Origin: Bacillota bacterium
GTDB taxonomy: Bacteria; Bacillota; DTU025
Reading direction: 5' to 3'
Assembly (NCBI GenBank): GCA_050951805.1
Contig: JBMNJT010000008.1
Coordinates: 448,001 to 512,000, forward strand
DNA: 64,000 nucleotides
Made by a program: the position numbers and the translations under genes. Each line of letters starts with the position of its first letter. The stretch's first letter is position 1. The notes below the pieces were generated by a model, which was not told the origin of the DNA, ran no database searches, and saw nothing but the letters and a program-made list of their open reading frames with translations. Below are positions 8,217-23,295 of this stretch, one piece after another.

Positions 8217-11200
8217 GTGGGGTCTATTGAGATTGCGACTAAGCAGATGAAACGCGAGAGAATCCTGTTTTCCAAGGTCCCCAGTGTCCTCGATCTCCCC
8301 AACCTCATCGAGGTCCAGCACAAATCATATCAATGGTTTCTCGGAGAGGGCCTGCGCGAAGTGTTCCGAGATATCTCGCCAGTCCAGGATTTTACCGGCA
8401 ACCTTGTCCTCGAGTTTACCGGATACGCCTTAGGCGATCCGAAATATACGGTGGAGGAATGCAAAAGACGGGACGTTACTTATTCTGCTCCACTCAATGC
8501 AAAGGTCAGGTTGATCAGTAAGGCAACTGGAGAGGTCAAAGAACAGGAGGTTTTCATGGGAGACTTTCCGCTCATGACCGAGGCTGGCACATTTGTTATC
8601 AACGGGGCGGAACGCGTAGTCGTCAGCCAGCTGGTGAGATCCCCAGGCGCCTATTTTGACATTGACAGGGATTCATCCGGAAGGGAGATCTACACGGCAT
8701 CCATAAGGCCTAACCGAGGCGCTTGGCTTGAGTTTGAGACGGATGCCTCGAATATGGTCTGGGTGCGCGTTGACCGGACGAGAAAGCTTCCTGCCACGGT
8801 CATGTTGAGGGCGATGGGGCTTAGCTCAGATGAGGAGATCATCGAGGTTTTCGGAGACAACGAGTACATCCGCAATACGTTGGAACGGGACAACACGAGT
8901 AACGAGGAAGAGGCCCTGATAGAGATCTACAAACGCCTTAGGCCAGGCGAGCCGCCTTCTATTGATAGTGCGAGGTCTTTGTTTGAGTTTCTTTTCTTCG
9001 ATCCCAGGAGATATGACTTGGCGAAGGTGGGCCGCTACAAACTCAACAAGAAGCTGGAACTTGCCGACAGGCTGATCGGTCAAAGGCTGGCCGAGCCCAT
9101 ACATTATCCGGTTACAAATGGCACAGATCCGGCAAGGGCCGTAGTGGATTCGGAGACGGGAGAGATCACCTGGCTTGATGACGCGGGCGAGGAGGTAGAT
9201 CTAGGGACCAAGCTGGCGTTGGAAGCAGGAAAGAAGGTTACTGCCAGACGAGCCGAACTCGTTCGGGAGCTGGAACAGCAAGGACATATAGGAGAAGCGA
9301 TTCTTGTTGCTCCGGATGACGCGCCGCAAGATTCTATAAAGGTTATCGGCAATCGATATCCCCCTGCCAACCTTGTTGTAATTACGCCCGCGGACGTTGT
9401 GGCTACTGTGAATTATCTCGTCAATCTTCCATATGGCATTGGCACGATTGATGATATCGACCACCTTGGTAATCGAAGGCTCAAGACCGTTGGCGAACTG
9501 CTGCAGAATCAGTTCAGGATTGGATTATCCCGCATGGAACGGGTGATACGCGAGCGCATGACTATTCAGGATGTTGAAGCTGTGACGCCTAAGGGCTTGA
9601 TGAATGTCAGGCCAGTGGTGGCCGCGGTAAGGGAGTTCTTTGGATCGAGCCAGCTGTCGCAATTCATGGACCAGACAAATCCGCTGGCCGAACTGACTCA
9701 TAAGCGCCGATTGTCAGCGCTTGGCCCCGGGGGGCTGTCGTGGAGGAGAGCCGGGTTCGAAGTGCGCGACATCCATCATTCTCATTATGGCAGGATATGT
9801 CCGATCGAGACGCCTGAAGGGCCTAACATCGGGTTGATAGGGTCTTTGTGTACGTATGCCCGTGTCAATGAATACGGTTTCATTGAGACGCCCTATAGGC
9901 GGGTTGAGGACGGAAAGGTGACGGAGGAGATCAGATATCTCACTGCCGATATGGAAGACAGATACGTCATCGCTCAGGCAAATGAGCCCATGAATGAGGA
10001 TGGTTCTTTTGCTAGTCAGCGAGTAGCATGTCGCTTGAAGGATGAGATCGTAATAGTCCCGGTCGATCAGGTAGATTACATGGATGTCTCGCCCAAACAG
10101 TTGGTTTCAATTGGTACTGCCCTTATCCCGTTCTTGGGGAATGATGATGCTGGTCGGGCTCTGATGGGCTCGAACATGCAGAGACAGGCGGTTCCGCTTT
10201 TGAGTCCGGAAGCCCCGCTGGTGGGAACAGGCATGGAATACAAATCGGCTCTCGATTCTGGGGCGGTGATCGTGGCCAAGCATGGCGGATTCGTTAGAAG
10301 TGCGTGTGCTGATCGAATCGTGGTTGAGCGGGATGATGGCAGATTGGATACATACAATGTGACCAAATTTGCCAGATCAAACCAGGGTACATGCATTAAC
10401 CAGAAACCTTTGGTCAGAGTTGGTCATAGAGTCGAGCCAGGCGACGTGATTGCCGATGGACCATCCACTGATATGGGCGAGATGGCGCTGGGACGAAACA
10501 TTTTAGTCGCGTTCATGCCGTGGGAGGGCTACAATTATGAGGACGCCATCCTCATATCTGAGCAACTCGTGATCGACGATGTCTTTACATCCATACACAT
10601 CGAGGAGTACGAATGTGATGCTCGAGATACTAAGCTTGGACCTGAGGAGATAACGAGGGATATCCCGAATATCGGCGAGGACGCCCTGAAGGACTTGGAT
10701 GAGGATGGTATAATCAGGATCGGCGCAGAGGTGCAGCCCGGCGACATCCTTGTAGGAAGGGTTACGCCGAAGGGCGAGACTGAGCTCACGCCTGAGGAGC
10801 GCTTGCTCCGGGCAATATTCGGCGAGAAGGCGCGTGAAGTGCGCGATACCTCGCTCAGGGTGCCCCACGGCGAGTCAGGGAAGGTAGTAGAGGTCCATGC
10901 GTTTTCCCGTGAGAACGGAGACGAGCTTGCTCCGGGTGTAGGTAAGCTTGTCAGAGTTTATGTGGCGCAGAAGCGGAAGATCTCCGAGGGCGATAAAATG
11001 GCGGGCCGCCACGGAAACAAGGGCGTGATTGCCAAGATATTGCCGGTCGAAGACATGCCGTTTTTGCCGGACGGGCGTCCGGTGGAGATAGTCCTCAATC
11101 CGTTGGGAGTGCCTTCGCGGATGAATATCGGTCAGGTGCTGGAGACTCACCTTGGCTGGGCCGCAGCCGCTCTCGGCGTTCACGTGGCAACGCCTGTGTT

Positions 11201-11678
11201 CGACGGTGCTGATGAGGACGACGTTTTTGGGTATCTGGAGAAAGCAGGTCTGCCCGCAAATGGCAAGACTATTCTGTATGACGGGAGAACCGGTGAACCA
11301 TTCGACCGAGAGGTGACTGTGGGCTACGCCTACTTGATGAAACTACTACACCTTGTCGACGACAAGATCCATGCGCGTTCCACAGGACCATACTCCCTAG
11401 TGACCCAGCAGCCACTGGGCGGCAAAGCTCAGTTCGGAGGGCAGAGATTCGGCGAGATGGAGGTTTGGGCATTGGAGGCCTATGGGGCCGCCCACACGCT
11501 TCAAGAGATGCTCACCGTAAAGTCAGACGATGTTTTGGGCAGAGTCAAAACATATGAGGCGATTGTAAAAGGGGACATGATTCCTGAACCTGGCGTTCCT
11601 GAGTCCTTCAAAGTGATGATCAGAGAGATGCAGGGCCTATGCCTTGATATACAGGTCTTGCCTGCGGACGAGGAATGA
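8217..11678 (+). CDS. rpoB: DNA-directed RNA polymerase beta subunit, divergent upstream paralog (start GTG 8217, ATT 8226 or ATG 8247)
   Basis: 1153-aa intact ORF with [37 protein letters not shown] and QRFGEME motifs. Confidence 0.95.
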   Translation: MGSIEIATKQMKRERILFSKVPSVLDLPNLIEVQHKSYQWFLGEGLREVFRDISPVQDFTGNLVLEFTGYALGDPKYTVEECKRRDVTYSAPLNAKVRLISKATGEVKEQEVFMGDFPLMTEAGTFVINGAERVVVSQLVRSPGAYFDIDRDSSGREIYTASIRPNRGAWLEFETDASNMVWVRVDRTRKLPATVMLRAMGLSSDEEIIEVFGDNEYIRNTLERDNTSNEEEALIEIYKRLRPGEPPSIDSARSLFEFLFFDPRRYDLAKVGRYKLNKKLELADRLIGQRLAEPIHYPVTNGTDPARAVVDSETGEITWLDDAGEEVDLGTKLALEAGKKVTARRAELVRELEQQGHIGEAILVAPDDAPQDSIKVIGNRYPPANLVVITPADVVATVNYLVNLPYGIGTIDDIDHLGNRRLKTVGELLQNQFRIGLSRMERVIRERMTIQDVEAVTPKGLMNVRPVVAAVREFFGSSQLSQFMDQTNPLAELTHKRRLSALGPGGLSWRRAGFEVRDIHHSHYGRICPIETPEGPNIGLIGSLCTYARVNEYGFIETPYRRVEDGKVTEEIRYLTADMEDRYVIAQANEPMNEDGSFASQRVACRLKDEIVIVPVDQVDYMDVSPKQLVSIGTALIPFLGNDDAGRALMGSNMQRQAVPLLSPEAPLVGTGMEYKSALDSGAVIVAKHGGFVRSACADRIVVERDDGRLDTYNVTKFARSNQGTCINQKPLVRVGHRVEPGDVIADGPSTDMGEMALGRNILVAFMPWEGYNYEDAILISEQLVIDDVFTSIHIEEYECDARDTKLGPEEITRDIPNIGEDALKDLDEDGIIRIGAEVQPGDILVGRVTPKGETELTPEERLLRAIFGEKAREVRDTSLRVPHGESGKVVEVHAFSRENGDELAPGVGKLVRVYVAQKRKISEGDKMAGRHGNKGVIAKILPVEDMPFLPDGRPVEIVLNPLGVPSRMNIGQVLETHLGWAAAALGVHVATPVFDGADEDDVFGYLEKAGLPANGKTILYDGRTGEPFDREVTVGYAYLMKLLHLVDDKIHARSTGPYSLVTQQPLGGKAQFGGQRFGEMEVWALEAYGAAHTLQEMLTVKSDDVLGRVKTYEAIVKGDMIPEPGVPESFKVMIREMQGLCLDIQVLPADEE

Positions 11679-11726
11679 GCAATTACGTGCATGTGGCGGG
11701 TTTTGGAATCTTTACATTCATGGGTC

Positions 11727-11747
11727 CGCCTTGGAGGTAGGCGTTTT
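11727..11747 (+). terminator. Possible intrinsic terminator after rpoB copy 1
   Basis: CGCCT-TGGAGGT-AGGCG-TTTT. Confidence 0.45.
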
Positions 11748-11808
11748 ACAGCAGAGGCGGTGTTATCAACAAGACCTGATCAGCGCTTAAAAAACAGATA
11801 AATTGGTC

Positions 11809-11837
11809 TTGACGGGGCGTCACTCTTGTGGTAGCAT
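11809..11837 (+). promoter_or_regulatory. sigmaA-type promoter of rpoB copy 2-rpoC
   Basis: TTGACG-17 bp-TAGCAT with extended -10 TG and A-rich upstream region. Confidence 0.75.
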
Positions 11838-11854
11838 AATAAAATGTCACAAGG

Positions 11855-12060
11855 GCATGAGCAGAGTTGATGCGCCGTGATCTGCTGGGGCATAACCCTT
11901 CATGAGATGGAGCGGCGCGGGCACGCCCTGAGTGACGGAGGACTGAGGTATAAGGGGACAAATGAACACACATGCTATTTGCAGGTATGATCTATTAGTC
12001 TCAGCGCGGCTTTGACTGGAGGATATGCGCCAAAGGTCATTAATGTCCGCGCTATTCGTT
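11855..12060 (+). promoter_or_regulatory. Structured 5' leader of rpoB copy 2
   Basis: AGCGCGGCTTTGAC...GTCATTAATGTCCGCGCT stem-loop; homologous to the copy 1 leader. Confidence 0.5.
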
Positions 12061-12103
12061 ATGCCCGGAAATCTACAATCTACAAGGAAGTAGGGTGGGT
12101 TGT

Positions 12104-15778
<3,675 letters not shown>

Positions 15779-15834
15779 GATGCGGGTGGCGGATAACGGG
15801 TCGGAGCCCCAGGGCGAAGGAGGGGGAGGGGCGG

Positions 15835-18800
15835 ATGCTGGACGTCAATGATTTTGATCGAATTAGAATAGGAATGGCATCGCCAGAGCAAATCCGGGCC
15901 TGGTCGAGTGGTGAGGTTAAGAAACCTGAGACGATTAACTATCGTACTCTGAAGCCTGAACGCGAGGGACTTTTCTGTGAGAAGATCTTTGGCCCGACGC
16001 GTGACTGGGAATGCCATTGCGGCAAATACAAGCGCATAAGATACAAAGGCGTCGTATGTGACAAGTGCGGCGTGGAGGTTACCCGGGCAAAGGTTCGTCG
16101 CGAGAGGCTGGGCCATATTGAATTGGCTGCCCCGGTCTCGCATATTTGGTATTTCAAAGGAATTCCGAGCCGAATGGGCCTCTTGCTGGATATGTCTCCT
16201 AGGTCATTGGAGAAAGTGCTTTACTTTGCATCCTACATCGTGACTGATCCGGGAGATACGCCGCTTTCGAAGAAACAGCTATTAACTGAAAGCGAATACC
16301 GTGAATACAGAGAGAAATACGGACAGCTCTTCAAGGCGGGAATGGGAGCCGAGGCGATACAGGAGCTTCTCCGCGACATCGATTTGGATGAGCTTGTCCA
16401 AGAGCTTCGCGACGATATTGAAAACAGTTCTGGCCAGAAACGTGTGCGTGCCATACGCAGGTTGGAGGTTGCTGAGGCTTTTCGAAAATCCGGAAACCGG
16501 CCTGAATGGATGATACTCGATGTCATTCCTGTGATACCTCCGGATCTGCGCCCAATGGTGCAGTTGGACGGTGGCAGGTTCGCCACCAGTGACTTGAATG
16601 ATCTGTATCGTCGGGTCATAAACAGGAACAACAGGCTGAAGAAGCTTCTGGACTTGGAGGCGCCCGACATTATCGTTCGCAACGAAAAAAGGATGCTGCA
16701 AGAGGCGGTGGACGCTCTTATCGACAATGGTCGCAGGGGAAGGCCGGTTACAGGACCTGGCAACAGGCCCTTGAAGTCGATGTCAGACTTGCTCAAGGGC
16801 AAGCAGGGAAGGTTCAGGCAGAACCTCCTCGGAAAGCGTGTCGACTACTCGGGCAGATCCGTTATTGTCGTCGGACCGACTCTCAAGATGCATCAGTGCG
16901 GATTGCCCAAGGAGATGGCTCTTGAGTTGTTCAAGCCTTTTGTTATGAAGAGGCTTGTCGACAAGGGCTATGCTCATAACATAAAGAGTGCCAAGCGGAT
17001 GGTGGAGCGCGTAAGGCCCGAGGTGTGGGACATTCTCGAGGAGATCATTGCTGAGCATCCGGTGCTTCTAAACCGTGCTCCTACCCTTCATAGGCTCGGC
17101 ATTCAGGCGTTTGAGCCCGTCTTGGTGGAGGGCAGGGCCATACAGATTCATCCGCTTGTCTGCACCGCCTACAATGCAGACTTCGACGGTGACCAGATGG
17201 CGGTCCACGTGCCGTTGTCCGCTGAGGCGCAGGCCGAATCGAGGTTGCTCATGCTGTCGGTGAACAACATTCTTTCACCGGCTCACGGCGGCCCGCTGGC
17301 TACGCCCACGCAGGACATGGTTTTGGGCTGCTACTACCTGACATTCGAGCGGATAGGCGCCAAGGGCGAGGGGAAGCTGTTTGAGAATCCGGAAGCGGCT
17401 CGAGCGGCTTATGATGCTGGCGCAATCGCATTGCATTCCATGATTGTAGTGCGAATTCCAGAGTCCAAGCTTCTGTTGGGAGCGGAGGAGGCTGGCACTC
17501 GCAGGATAGTGACTACCGTTGGCAAGCTTATATTCAATGAGATATTCCCGGATGACTTCCCCTATATAAACTCCGCGGAGTCATCATTTGATTCAGCGCT
17601 CACTGAGGGCGACTTCTTGCCGAGGGGTGTCTCTTTTTGGGAGTACGAGGAGTCAGGCGGCAATCGCATGCGCAAACCGGCTACCAAGGGTTTCTTGAGC
17701 AAACTCGTGGGTGTGATCAGGAGAAAGTACGGGAACGCGAGGACCGCTGATGTATTGGATGCCCTGAAGAACCTCGGATTTCATTACGCCACTGTGTCAG
17801 GGACTACGGTAGGCATAGTCGACATTGCTGTGCCCGACAAGAAACAGGCCATCATAAAGGATGCCGACGCCAGGGTCGAGGAGATCGAGGGTCAGTACAG
17901 AAGAGGCTTGCTTCTGGAGGACGAAAAGTACAGCCTGATAATAGATGTTTGGACTGAGGCGCGCGAGAACGTTCAGGAAGCCATGATGCGGGAGATTCGG
18001 CCGGATATTCTGATGGCCCGCAAACTCGAGGAGGCCAAGCTGACTGGGGAGAGAGAGCGTGTGGAGTTCAAGATCGACGAGCTCAATCCCGTATACATGA
18101 TGGCCACATCGGGCGCTCGTGGTAATGTGCAGCAGCTCAACCAGCTTGCAGGGATGAGAGGCCTCGTCGCCGACCCGTCAGGACGGACTATCGACGTCCC
18201 CATCAAGGCCAACTTCAGGGAAGGCCTGAATGTGTTGGAGTACTTCATTTCCACCCACGGGACTCGTAAGGGGCTGGCCGACACTGCTCTTAGAACAGCT
18301 GACTCAGGCTACCTCACCAGGCGGCTTGTGGATGTGGCTCAGGACGTAATCGTCAGGGAGGATGATTGCGGCACTACCGAGGGAATCGATGTGTCCGCGA
18401 TTGTTGAAGGCGATACGGTGATCGAGAGCCTGTCGGAGAGGATCACTGGGCGCGTGAGCCTGCAGGAGCTGGTGAACGAAGAGACCGGCGAGGTGATCGT
18501 CGCCAAGAACCAGATGATCGATGAGGACCAGGCCAAGATGATCGAGGATTTGGGATACGAGTCTTGGGCTGTGCGGTCGGTTTTGAAATGTAGGACGCGC
18601 CATGGTGTGTGTGTCATGTGCTACGGGCGCAATCTTGCAACAGGCAACTTGGTTGAAGTAGGCGAAGCGGTCGGAACCATTGCTGCGCAATCCATTGGCG
18701 AGCCCGGCACGCAGCTGACTATGAGGACATTCCACACGGGCGGCGTTGCAGGGGACGACATCACCCGCGGCCTGCCCAGGGTTGAGGAACTGTTCGAGGC

Positions 18801-19659
18801 GAGAAAGCCCAAGGGCCTTGCCATCATTACTGAGTATGCTGGCGAAGTAAGCATGGTTGAGGCCAAGGGGTCTCGCAAGATAGTCATAACTCAACCTTCA
18901 GGCGAATCCCATGAGTACTCCGTGCCATATGGTGCACGGCTGGAGGTTAAGGAAGGCCAGAAGGTCGAGCCGGGCCAGAAGCTTACTGAAGGGTCGCTCA
19001 ATCCCCACGATATATTGCGAATTCGCGGGTCAGTAGCTGTGCAGCAGTATATAGTCAGAGAAGTGCAGGACGTCTACCGTTCCCAGGGTGTCGAGATCAA
19101 TGACAAGCATATCGAGGTAGTAGTCAGACAGATGATGCGCAAGGTGAAAGTAGAGAATCCGGGAGACACGGATCTGCTCCCCGGCGAGCTGGTAGACATC
19201 TTCAGGTTTGAGGACACTAATGCTGAAGCCAAGGCGAATGGGCTCAGGCCAGCTACGTGCAAGCCGGCGCTTCTCGGGATCACCAAGGCGTCACTGCAGA
19301 CAGACAGCTTCCTGTCGGCGGCTTCGTTCCAGGAGACTACCAGAGTCCTTACGGAAGCTGCTATGAAGGGCAAGAGTGATGAGCTCATTGGTCTGAAGGA
19401 GAATGTCATCATAGGCAAGCTTGTTCCGGCAGGCACCGGGATGCCGAGATACCGCAATGTGAGGGTCCTTGCGTCTCCGGAAGCCAGTAGGGAAATCGAA
19501 CGCGATATTGAGAAGGCCGAAAGAGGTCGACGAGATGTAAGAGAAGCTGCATCTCCTGGGGCCGCGAGGGCAGATTCTCTTGGAGCGCCCTTGGCGGAGC
19601 ATCTGGGGAAGGAAATAACAGAGGCCCTGAGCGAGGGGGCGTCGCAGGCCCAGTCCTAG
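15835..19659 (+). CDS. rpoC: DNA-directed RNA polymerase beta' subunit
   Basis: NADFDGD catalytic motif, zinc ribbon, [11 protein letters not shown] trigger loop. Confidence 0.98.
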   Translation: MLDVNDFDRIRIGMASPEQIRAWSSGEVKKPETINYRTLKPEREGLFCEKIFGPTRDWECHCGKYKRIRYKGVVCDKCGVEVTRAKVRRERLGHIELAAPVSHIWYFKGIPSRMGLLLDMSPRSLEKVLYFASYIVTDPGDTPLSKKQLLTESEYREYREKYGQLFKAGMGAEAIQELLRDIDLDELVQELRDDIENSSGQKRVRAIRRLEVAEAFRKSGNRPEWMILDVIPVIPPDLRPMVQLDGGRFATSDLNDLYRRVINRNNRLKKLLDLEAPDIIVRNEKRMLQEAVDALIDNGRRGRPVTGPGNRPLKSMSDLLKGKQGRFRQNLLGKRVDYSGRSVIVVGPTLKMHQCGLPKEMALELFKPFVMKRLVDKGYAHNIKSAKRMVERVRPEVWDILEEIIAEHPVLLNRAPTLHRLGIQAFEPVLVEGRAIQIHPLVCTAYNADFDGDQMAVHVPLSAEAQAESRLLMLSVNNILSPAHGGPLATPTQDMVLGCYYLTFERIGAKGEGKLFENPEAARAAYDAGAIALHSMIVVRIPESKLLLGAEEAGTRRIVTTVGKLIFNEIFPDDFPYINSAESSFDSALTEGDFLPRGVSFWEYEESGGNRMRKPATKGFLSKLVGVIRRKYGNARTADVLDALKNLGFHYATVSGTTVGIVDIAVPDKKQAIIKDADARVEEIEGQYRRGLLLEDEKYSLIIDVWTEARENVQEAMMREIRPDILMARKLEEAKLTGERERVEFKIDELNPVYMMATSGARGNVQQLNQLAGMRGLVADPSGRTIDVPIKANFREGLNVLEYFISTHGTRKGLADTALRTADSGYLTRRLVDVAQDVIVREDDCGTTEGIDVSAIVEGDTVIESLSERITGRVSLQELVNEETGEVIVAKNQMIDEDQAKMIEDLGYESWAVRSVLKCRTRHGVCVMCYGRNLATGNLVEVGEAVGTIAAQSIGEPGTQLTMRTFHTGGVAGDDITRGLPRVEELFEARKPKGLAIITEYAGEVSMVEAKGSRKIVITQPSGESHEYSVPYGARLEVKEGQKVEPGQKLTEGSLNPHDILRIRGSVAVQQYIVREVQDVYRSQGVEINDKHIEVVVRQMMRKVKVENPGDTDLLPGELVDIFRFEDTNAEAKANGLRPATCKPALLGITKASLQTDSFLSAASFQETTRVLTEAAMKGKSDELIGLKENVIIGKLVPAGTGMPRYRNVRVLASPEASREIERDIEKAERGRRDVREAASPGAARADSLGAPLAEHLGKEITEALSEGASQAQS

Positions 19660-19808
19660 ACAGCCCGGCTATCTTACGCTCTCGGCTAGGCTAGGTTGTG
19701 TGGCCGCATGTTCGCGTGAGTTTTGCGTGGGCGTGCGGTCGCTTCTTGGAACCGGCGGTTCTGTTGGAGTAAATCTCGCAGAATTGGGGAATAGCTCGTT
19801 GTGCCCCC

Positions 19809-19837
19809 TTGACAGGCTCGGGGGCTGATGGTAAAAT
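19809..19837 (+). promoter_or_regulatory. sigmaA-type promoter of str operon
   Basis: TTGACA-17 bp-TAAAAT with extended -10 TG. Confidence 0.8.
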
Positions 19838-19902
19838 GTAAAACTGTCTGAGCCTCTGAAGCTAGGGCTTGAAACGATATGCCGAAAGGAGCGATAACAC
19901 CC

Positions 19903-20151
19903 ATGAACCAGGGTCTTGCCGACGCAGATAGTCGAGTGATCGGCACAAAGCAGACGGTAAGAGCTTTGGAGCGAGGGTGCGTGAGTGCGGTATATATCGC
20001 AAGCGATGCTGAGGAGCACGTTATCCGTGATGTGAAGGCGTTATGTGTGAGAAACGGCGTACCTATTATAATGGTCGATTCCATGGAAGAGCTGGGTAAG
20101 GCATGTGGGATCGATGTGGGCGCCGCTTCCGCTGCTATACTCCATGAGTAG
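19903..20151 (+). CDS. L7Ae/YbxF family K-turn RNA-binding protein
   Basis: IGTKQTVRAL, VYIASDA, ELGKACGIDVGA; conserved position before rpsL. Confidence 0.9.
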   Translation: MNQGLADADSRVIGTKQTVRALERGCVSAVYIASDAEEHVIRDVKALCVRNGVPIIMVDSMEELGKACGIDVGAASAAILHE

Positions 20152-20235
20152 AGAGTGTCCCTTGCACCTGGACTCAGGTGGAAGGGGCATATTCTGTCCG
20201 CAGCGTCTGACTCTATGGGAAGGAGGTGGGTCATT

Positions 20236-20649
20236 GTGCCGACCATTAACCAGCTGGTAAGAAAAGGCCGTAAGCAGTCAAAGGCTAAGTCTGCATCGCC
20301 TGCACTCAGGTACCAGTACAACTCTTTGAACCGCAGGTCAACCTATGGGAAGGGCGCTCCGCAGCGCAGGGGCGTGTGTACCGTTGTGAGGACGACTACC
20401 CCGAAGAAGCCGAATTCGGCCCTTAGGAAGATCGCCAGGGTCAGGCTGACAAACGGACTTGAGGTTACAGCGTACATTCCAGGTGAAGGGCATAACCTCC
20501 AGGAGCACTCAGTCGTGCTGATCAGGGGTGGCCGTATCAAGGATGTGCCTGGTGTCAGGTATCACATCGTGCGCGGTACTCTTGATGCTGCTGGAGTTGC
20601 AGATAGACGTCAGGGCCGTTCGAAGTATGGCGCGAAGCGCCCGAAGTAA
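20236..20649 (+). CDS. rpsL: 30S ribosomal protein S12
   Basis: [22 protein letters not shown]; GTG start after AGGAGG. Confidence 0.97.
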   Translation: MPTINQLVRKGRKQSKAKSASPALRYQYNSLNRRSTYGKGAPQRRGVCTVVRTTTPKKPNSALRKIARVRLTNGLEVTAYIPGEGHNLQEHSVVLIRGGRIKDVPGVRYHIVRGTLDAAGVADRRQGRSKYGAKRPK

Positions 20650-20678
20650 TGCTGTTGAGCGCGAGGGGAGGGTGAGTG

Positions 20679-21149
20679 ATGCCAAGGCGAGGTACAATAG
20701 TCAAGCATGAAACGGTTCCAGATCCGGTTTATAACAGCGAGCTGATGGCTGAGTTCATAAGCAAGTTGATGCTGGATGGAAAGAAGAGCGTAGCTGAATC
20801 AATACTGTACGAGGCCGCAGATATTGTCCAGGCTAAGACCGGCAAGGAGCCTTTGGATACGTTTGAGCGGGCTGTAAAGAATGTCATGCCTGTGCTCGAA
20901 GTGCGGGCGCGAAGGGTTGGCGGTGCGACTTACCAGGTGCCAACGGAAGTCAGACCGGAGAGGCGGAAGGCTCTCGCGTTCCGATGGATCGTTGGGAATG
21001 CCAGGAAACGACCGGAGAGGACTATGGCCGAAAGGCTTGCTGCGGAGATCCTTGACGCGTCAGAGAACACGGGGGCTTCAGTCAAGAGAAAAGAGGAAAT
21101 GCACAGAATGGCCGAAGCCAACAAGGCCTTTGCGCATTATAGATGGTAG
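20679..21149 (+). CDS. rpsG: 30S ribosomal protein S7
   Basis: [24 protein letters not shown]. Confidence 0.97.
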   Translation: MPRRGTIVKHETVPDPVYNSELMAEFISKLMLDGKKSVAESILYEAADIVQAKTGKEPLDTFERAVKNVMPVLEVRARRVGGATYQVPTEVRPERRKALAFRWIVGNARKRPERTMAERLAAEILDASENTGASVKRKEEMHRMAEANKAFAHYRW

Positions 21150-21183
21150 TCAAGGCATCCAGCGCGTGTAAGGGGGGAGAGGT

Positions 21184-23271
21184 ATGCTTGGGGTGACGCC
21201 ACCTGAGAGAATTAGAAATATAGGCATTATGGCGCACATCGACGCTGGCAAAACAACTACGACCGAGCGTATTCTCTTCTATACCGGTCGGGTTCACCGG
21301 CTCGGTGAAGTTGATTCCGGCACGGCCACGATGGACTGGATGGTGCAGGAGCAGGAGCGGGGCATTACTATTACGTCTGCTGCGACGACGTGCGATTGGC
21401 GAGATTATCAAATAAACATTATCGACACGCCCGGGCACGTGGACTTTACTGTGGAGGTCGAACGATCTCTCAGAGTGCTCGATGGGGCGGTGGCTCTCTT
21501 CGACGCGGCCGAAGGAGTTCAACCCCAGTCGGAGACGGTTTGGCGACAGGCTGACCGATATCGGGTTCCACGGATAGCTTTTGTGAACAAAATGGACCGA
21601 GTAGGCGCCGATTTTGACATGGCTGTTCGTGCGATTCGTGAGAGACTCGGGGCCACGCCAGCGCCAGTGCAGATCCCAATAGGGGCTGAGGACCGGTTTG
21701 CCGGTATGATCGATTTGATATCGCAAAAAGCCATCGTCTATATGGATGATCTCGGCTTGAATCGGCAGGTTGTCGAGATCCCTGAAGAGCTTCGCCAGCC
21801 TGCAGCTGAGGCTAGGGAGCGCTTGGTGGAGCTGGTGGCGGAGAACGATGATCATGTCATGATGCTCTATGTTGATGGGGAAGAGATAACTTCACAAGAC
21901 ATCATTGACGGGTTGCGTAGGGCGACGTTATCGGCTAAACTGACTCCGGTTCTATGTGGGTCTGCATATAGGAACAAGGGCGTGCAATCGCTTCTCGATG
22001 CGATTGTCGACTATCTTCCGTCGCCGATGGACGTACCGCCCATAGTCGGAGTAGATCCGACCAACGATGAAGAACAGATTGAGCGAAAGCCGTCTGATGA
22101 CGAGCCCTTCTGTGGGCTCGCGTTTAAGATCGCGACCGACCCATACGTGGGCAAGCTTGCCTACTTTCGGGTCTATTCAGGGGTTGCGAAGGTTGGAGAT
22201 GCGATCTACAATGCCTCGAAGGGAAAACGCGAGAGATTCGGTCGCATACTAAGAATGCATGCCAATCACAGGGAGGAACTTGATCTCGTATCCACAGGTG
22301 ACATCGTTGCGGCGGTGGGATTGAGAAACACAACCACCGGAGATACCCTCTGTGACGAGCGTGCACCGGTTGTGTTGGAGCGCATGGAGTTCCCTGAGCC
22401 CGTGATAGCGGTTGCGGTCGAACCAAAGAGCAAGAATGATGAGGATCGTTTGACAGTTTCCCTAGCGAAACTTGCAGAGGAGGATCCCACATTCCGAGTT
22501 CGAACCGATCCGGAGACGGGTCAGACGCTCATCTCGGGAATGGGCGAGCTCCATCTCGAGGTCATAGTCGATAGGCTTCTCCGTGAGTTTAACGTGCAGG
22601 CGAATGTTGGGAAACCTCAGGTTGCATACAGGGAAACAATAACGTGTCCGGTGAGACACGAAGGAAGATTTGTAAGGCAAACGGGTGGACGCGGACAGTA
22701 CGGCCACGTCGTTTTGGAACTGGAACCGGGCGCCCAAGGATCAGGCATTGTCTTTGAAAACAAGGTTGTAGGCGGAGCGATTCCTAAGGACTTCATACCC
22801 GCAGTCGAAGCCGGTATCATGGAGGCAGCAGGCAATGGAGTCTTGGCAGGATACCCAGTCGTTGACGTGGCGGTAGCGCTTGTGGATGGCTCTTACCACG
22901 AGGTCGATTCGTCTGAGCTTTCGTTCAAGATTGCAGGGTCTTTGGCTTTCAAAGAAGCCATGGAACGTGCCAAACCAGTGCTTCTGGAACCGATTATGAA
23001 AGTAGAGGTAGAAACGCCCGAGCTTTACGTCGGTGACATCATGGCGGATCTCGGCGCGCGAAGGGGCAAGGTCACTGCCCTGGAGAACGTCGGCCAGAAC
23101 CAAGTCATAAGGGCGCAGGTTCCGCTCGCGGAAATGTTTGGTTATGCCACAACCATGAGGTCACTTTCCCAGGGAAGGGCTAACCATACAATGCATTTTC
23201 TCAGGTATGAGCAGGTCCCCGACAACTTGGCTGCGGAGATCATGCGACGATACCGAGGAGTTTTGTCCTGA
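21184..23271 (+). CDS. fusA: Elongation factor G
   Basis: [26 protein letters not shown]; str operon position. Confidence 0.96.
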   Translation: MLGVTPPERIRNIGIMAHIDAGKTTTTERILFYTGRVHRLGEVDSGTATMDWMVQEQERGITITSAATTCDWRDYQINIIDTPGHVDFTVEVERSLRVLDGAVALFDAAEGVQPQSETVWRQADRYRVPRIAFVNKMDRVGADFDMAVRAIRERLGATPAPVQIPIGAEDRFAGMIDLISQKAIVYMDDLGLNRQVVEIPEELRQPAAEARERLVELVAENDDHVMMLYVDGEEITSQDIIDGLRRATLSAKLTPVLCGSAYRNKGVQSLLDAIVDYLPSPMDVPPIVGVDPTNDEEQIERKPSDDEPFCGLAFKIATDPYVGKLAYFRVYSGVAKVGDAIYNASKGKRERFGRILRMHANHREELDLVSTGDIVAAVGLRNTTTGDTLCDERAPVVLERMEFPEPVIAVAVEPKSKNDEDRLTVSLAKLAEEDPTFRVRTDPETGQTLISGMGELHLEVIVDRLLREFNVQANVGKPQVAYRETITCPVRHEGRFVRQTGGRGQYGHVVLELEPGAQGSGIVFENKVVGGAIPKDFIPAVEAGIMEAAGNGVLAGYPVVDVAVALVDGSYHEVDSSELSFKIAGSLAFKEAMERAKPVLLEPIMKVEVETPELYVGDIMADLGARRGKVTALENVGQNQVIRAQVPLAEMFGYATTMRSLSQGRANHTMHFLRYEQVPDNLAAEIMRRYRGVLS

Positions 23272-23295
23272 GAATGCAAGGGAGGATTGAAAGAA

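Noticed and set aside
9630-9735. Classical rifampicin-resistance allele in rpoB copy 1
   Set aside because: Cluster I ([25 protein letters not shown]) is identical in both copies, with no changes at the usual resistance positions.
8217-11678. rpoB copy 1 as a simple assembly duplicate or truncated pseudogene
   Set aside because: It is diverged throughout at silent sites, has no stops or frameshifts, and extends through the last conserved region; only the variable acidic tail is missing.
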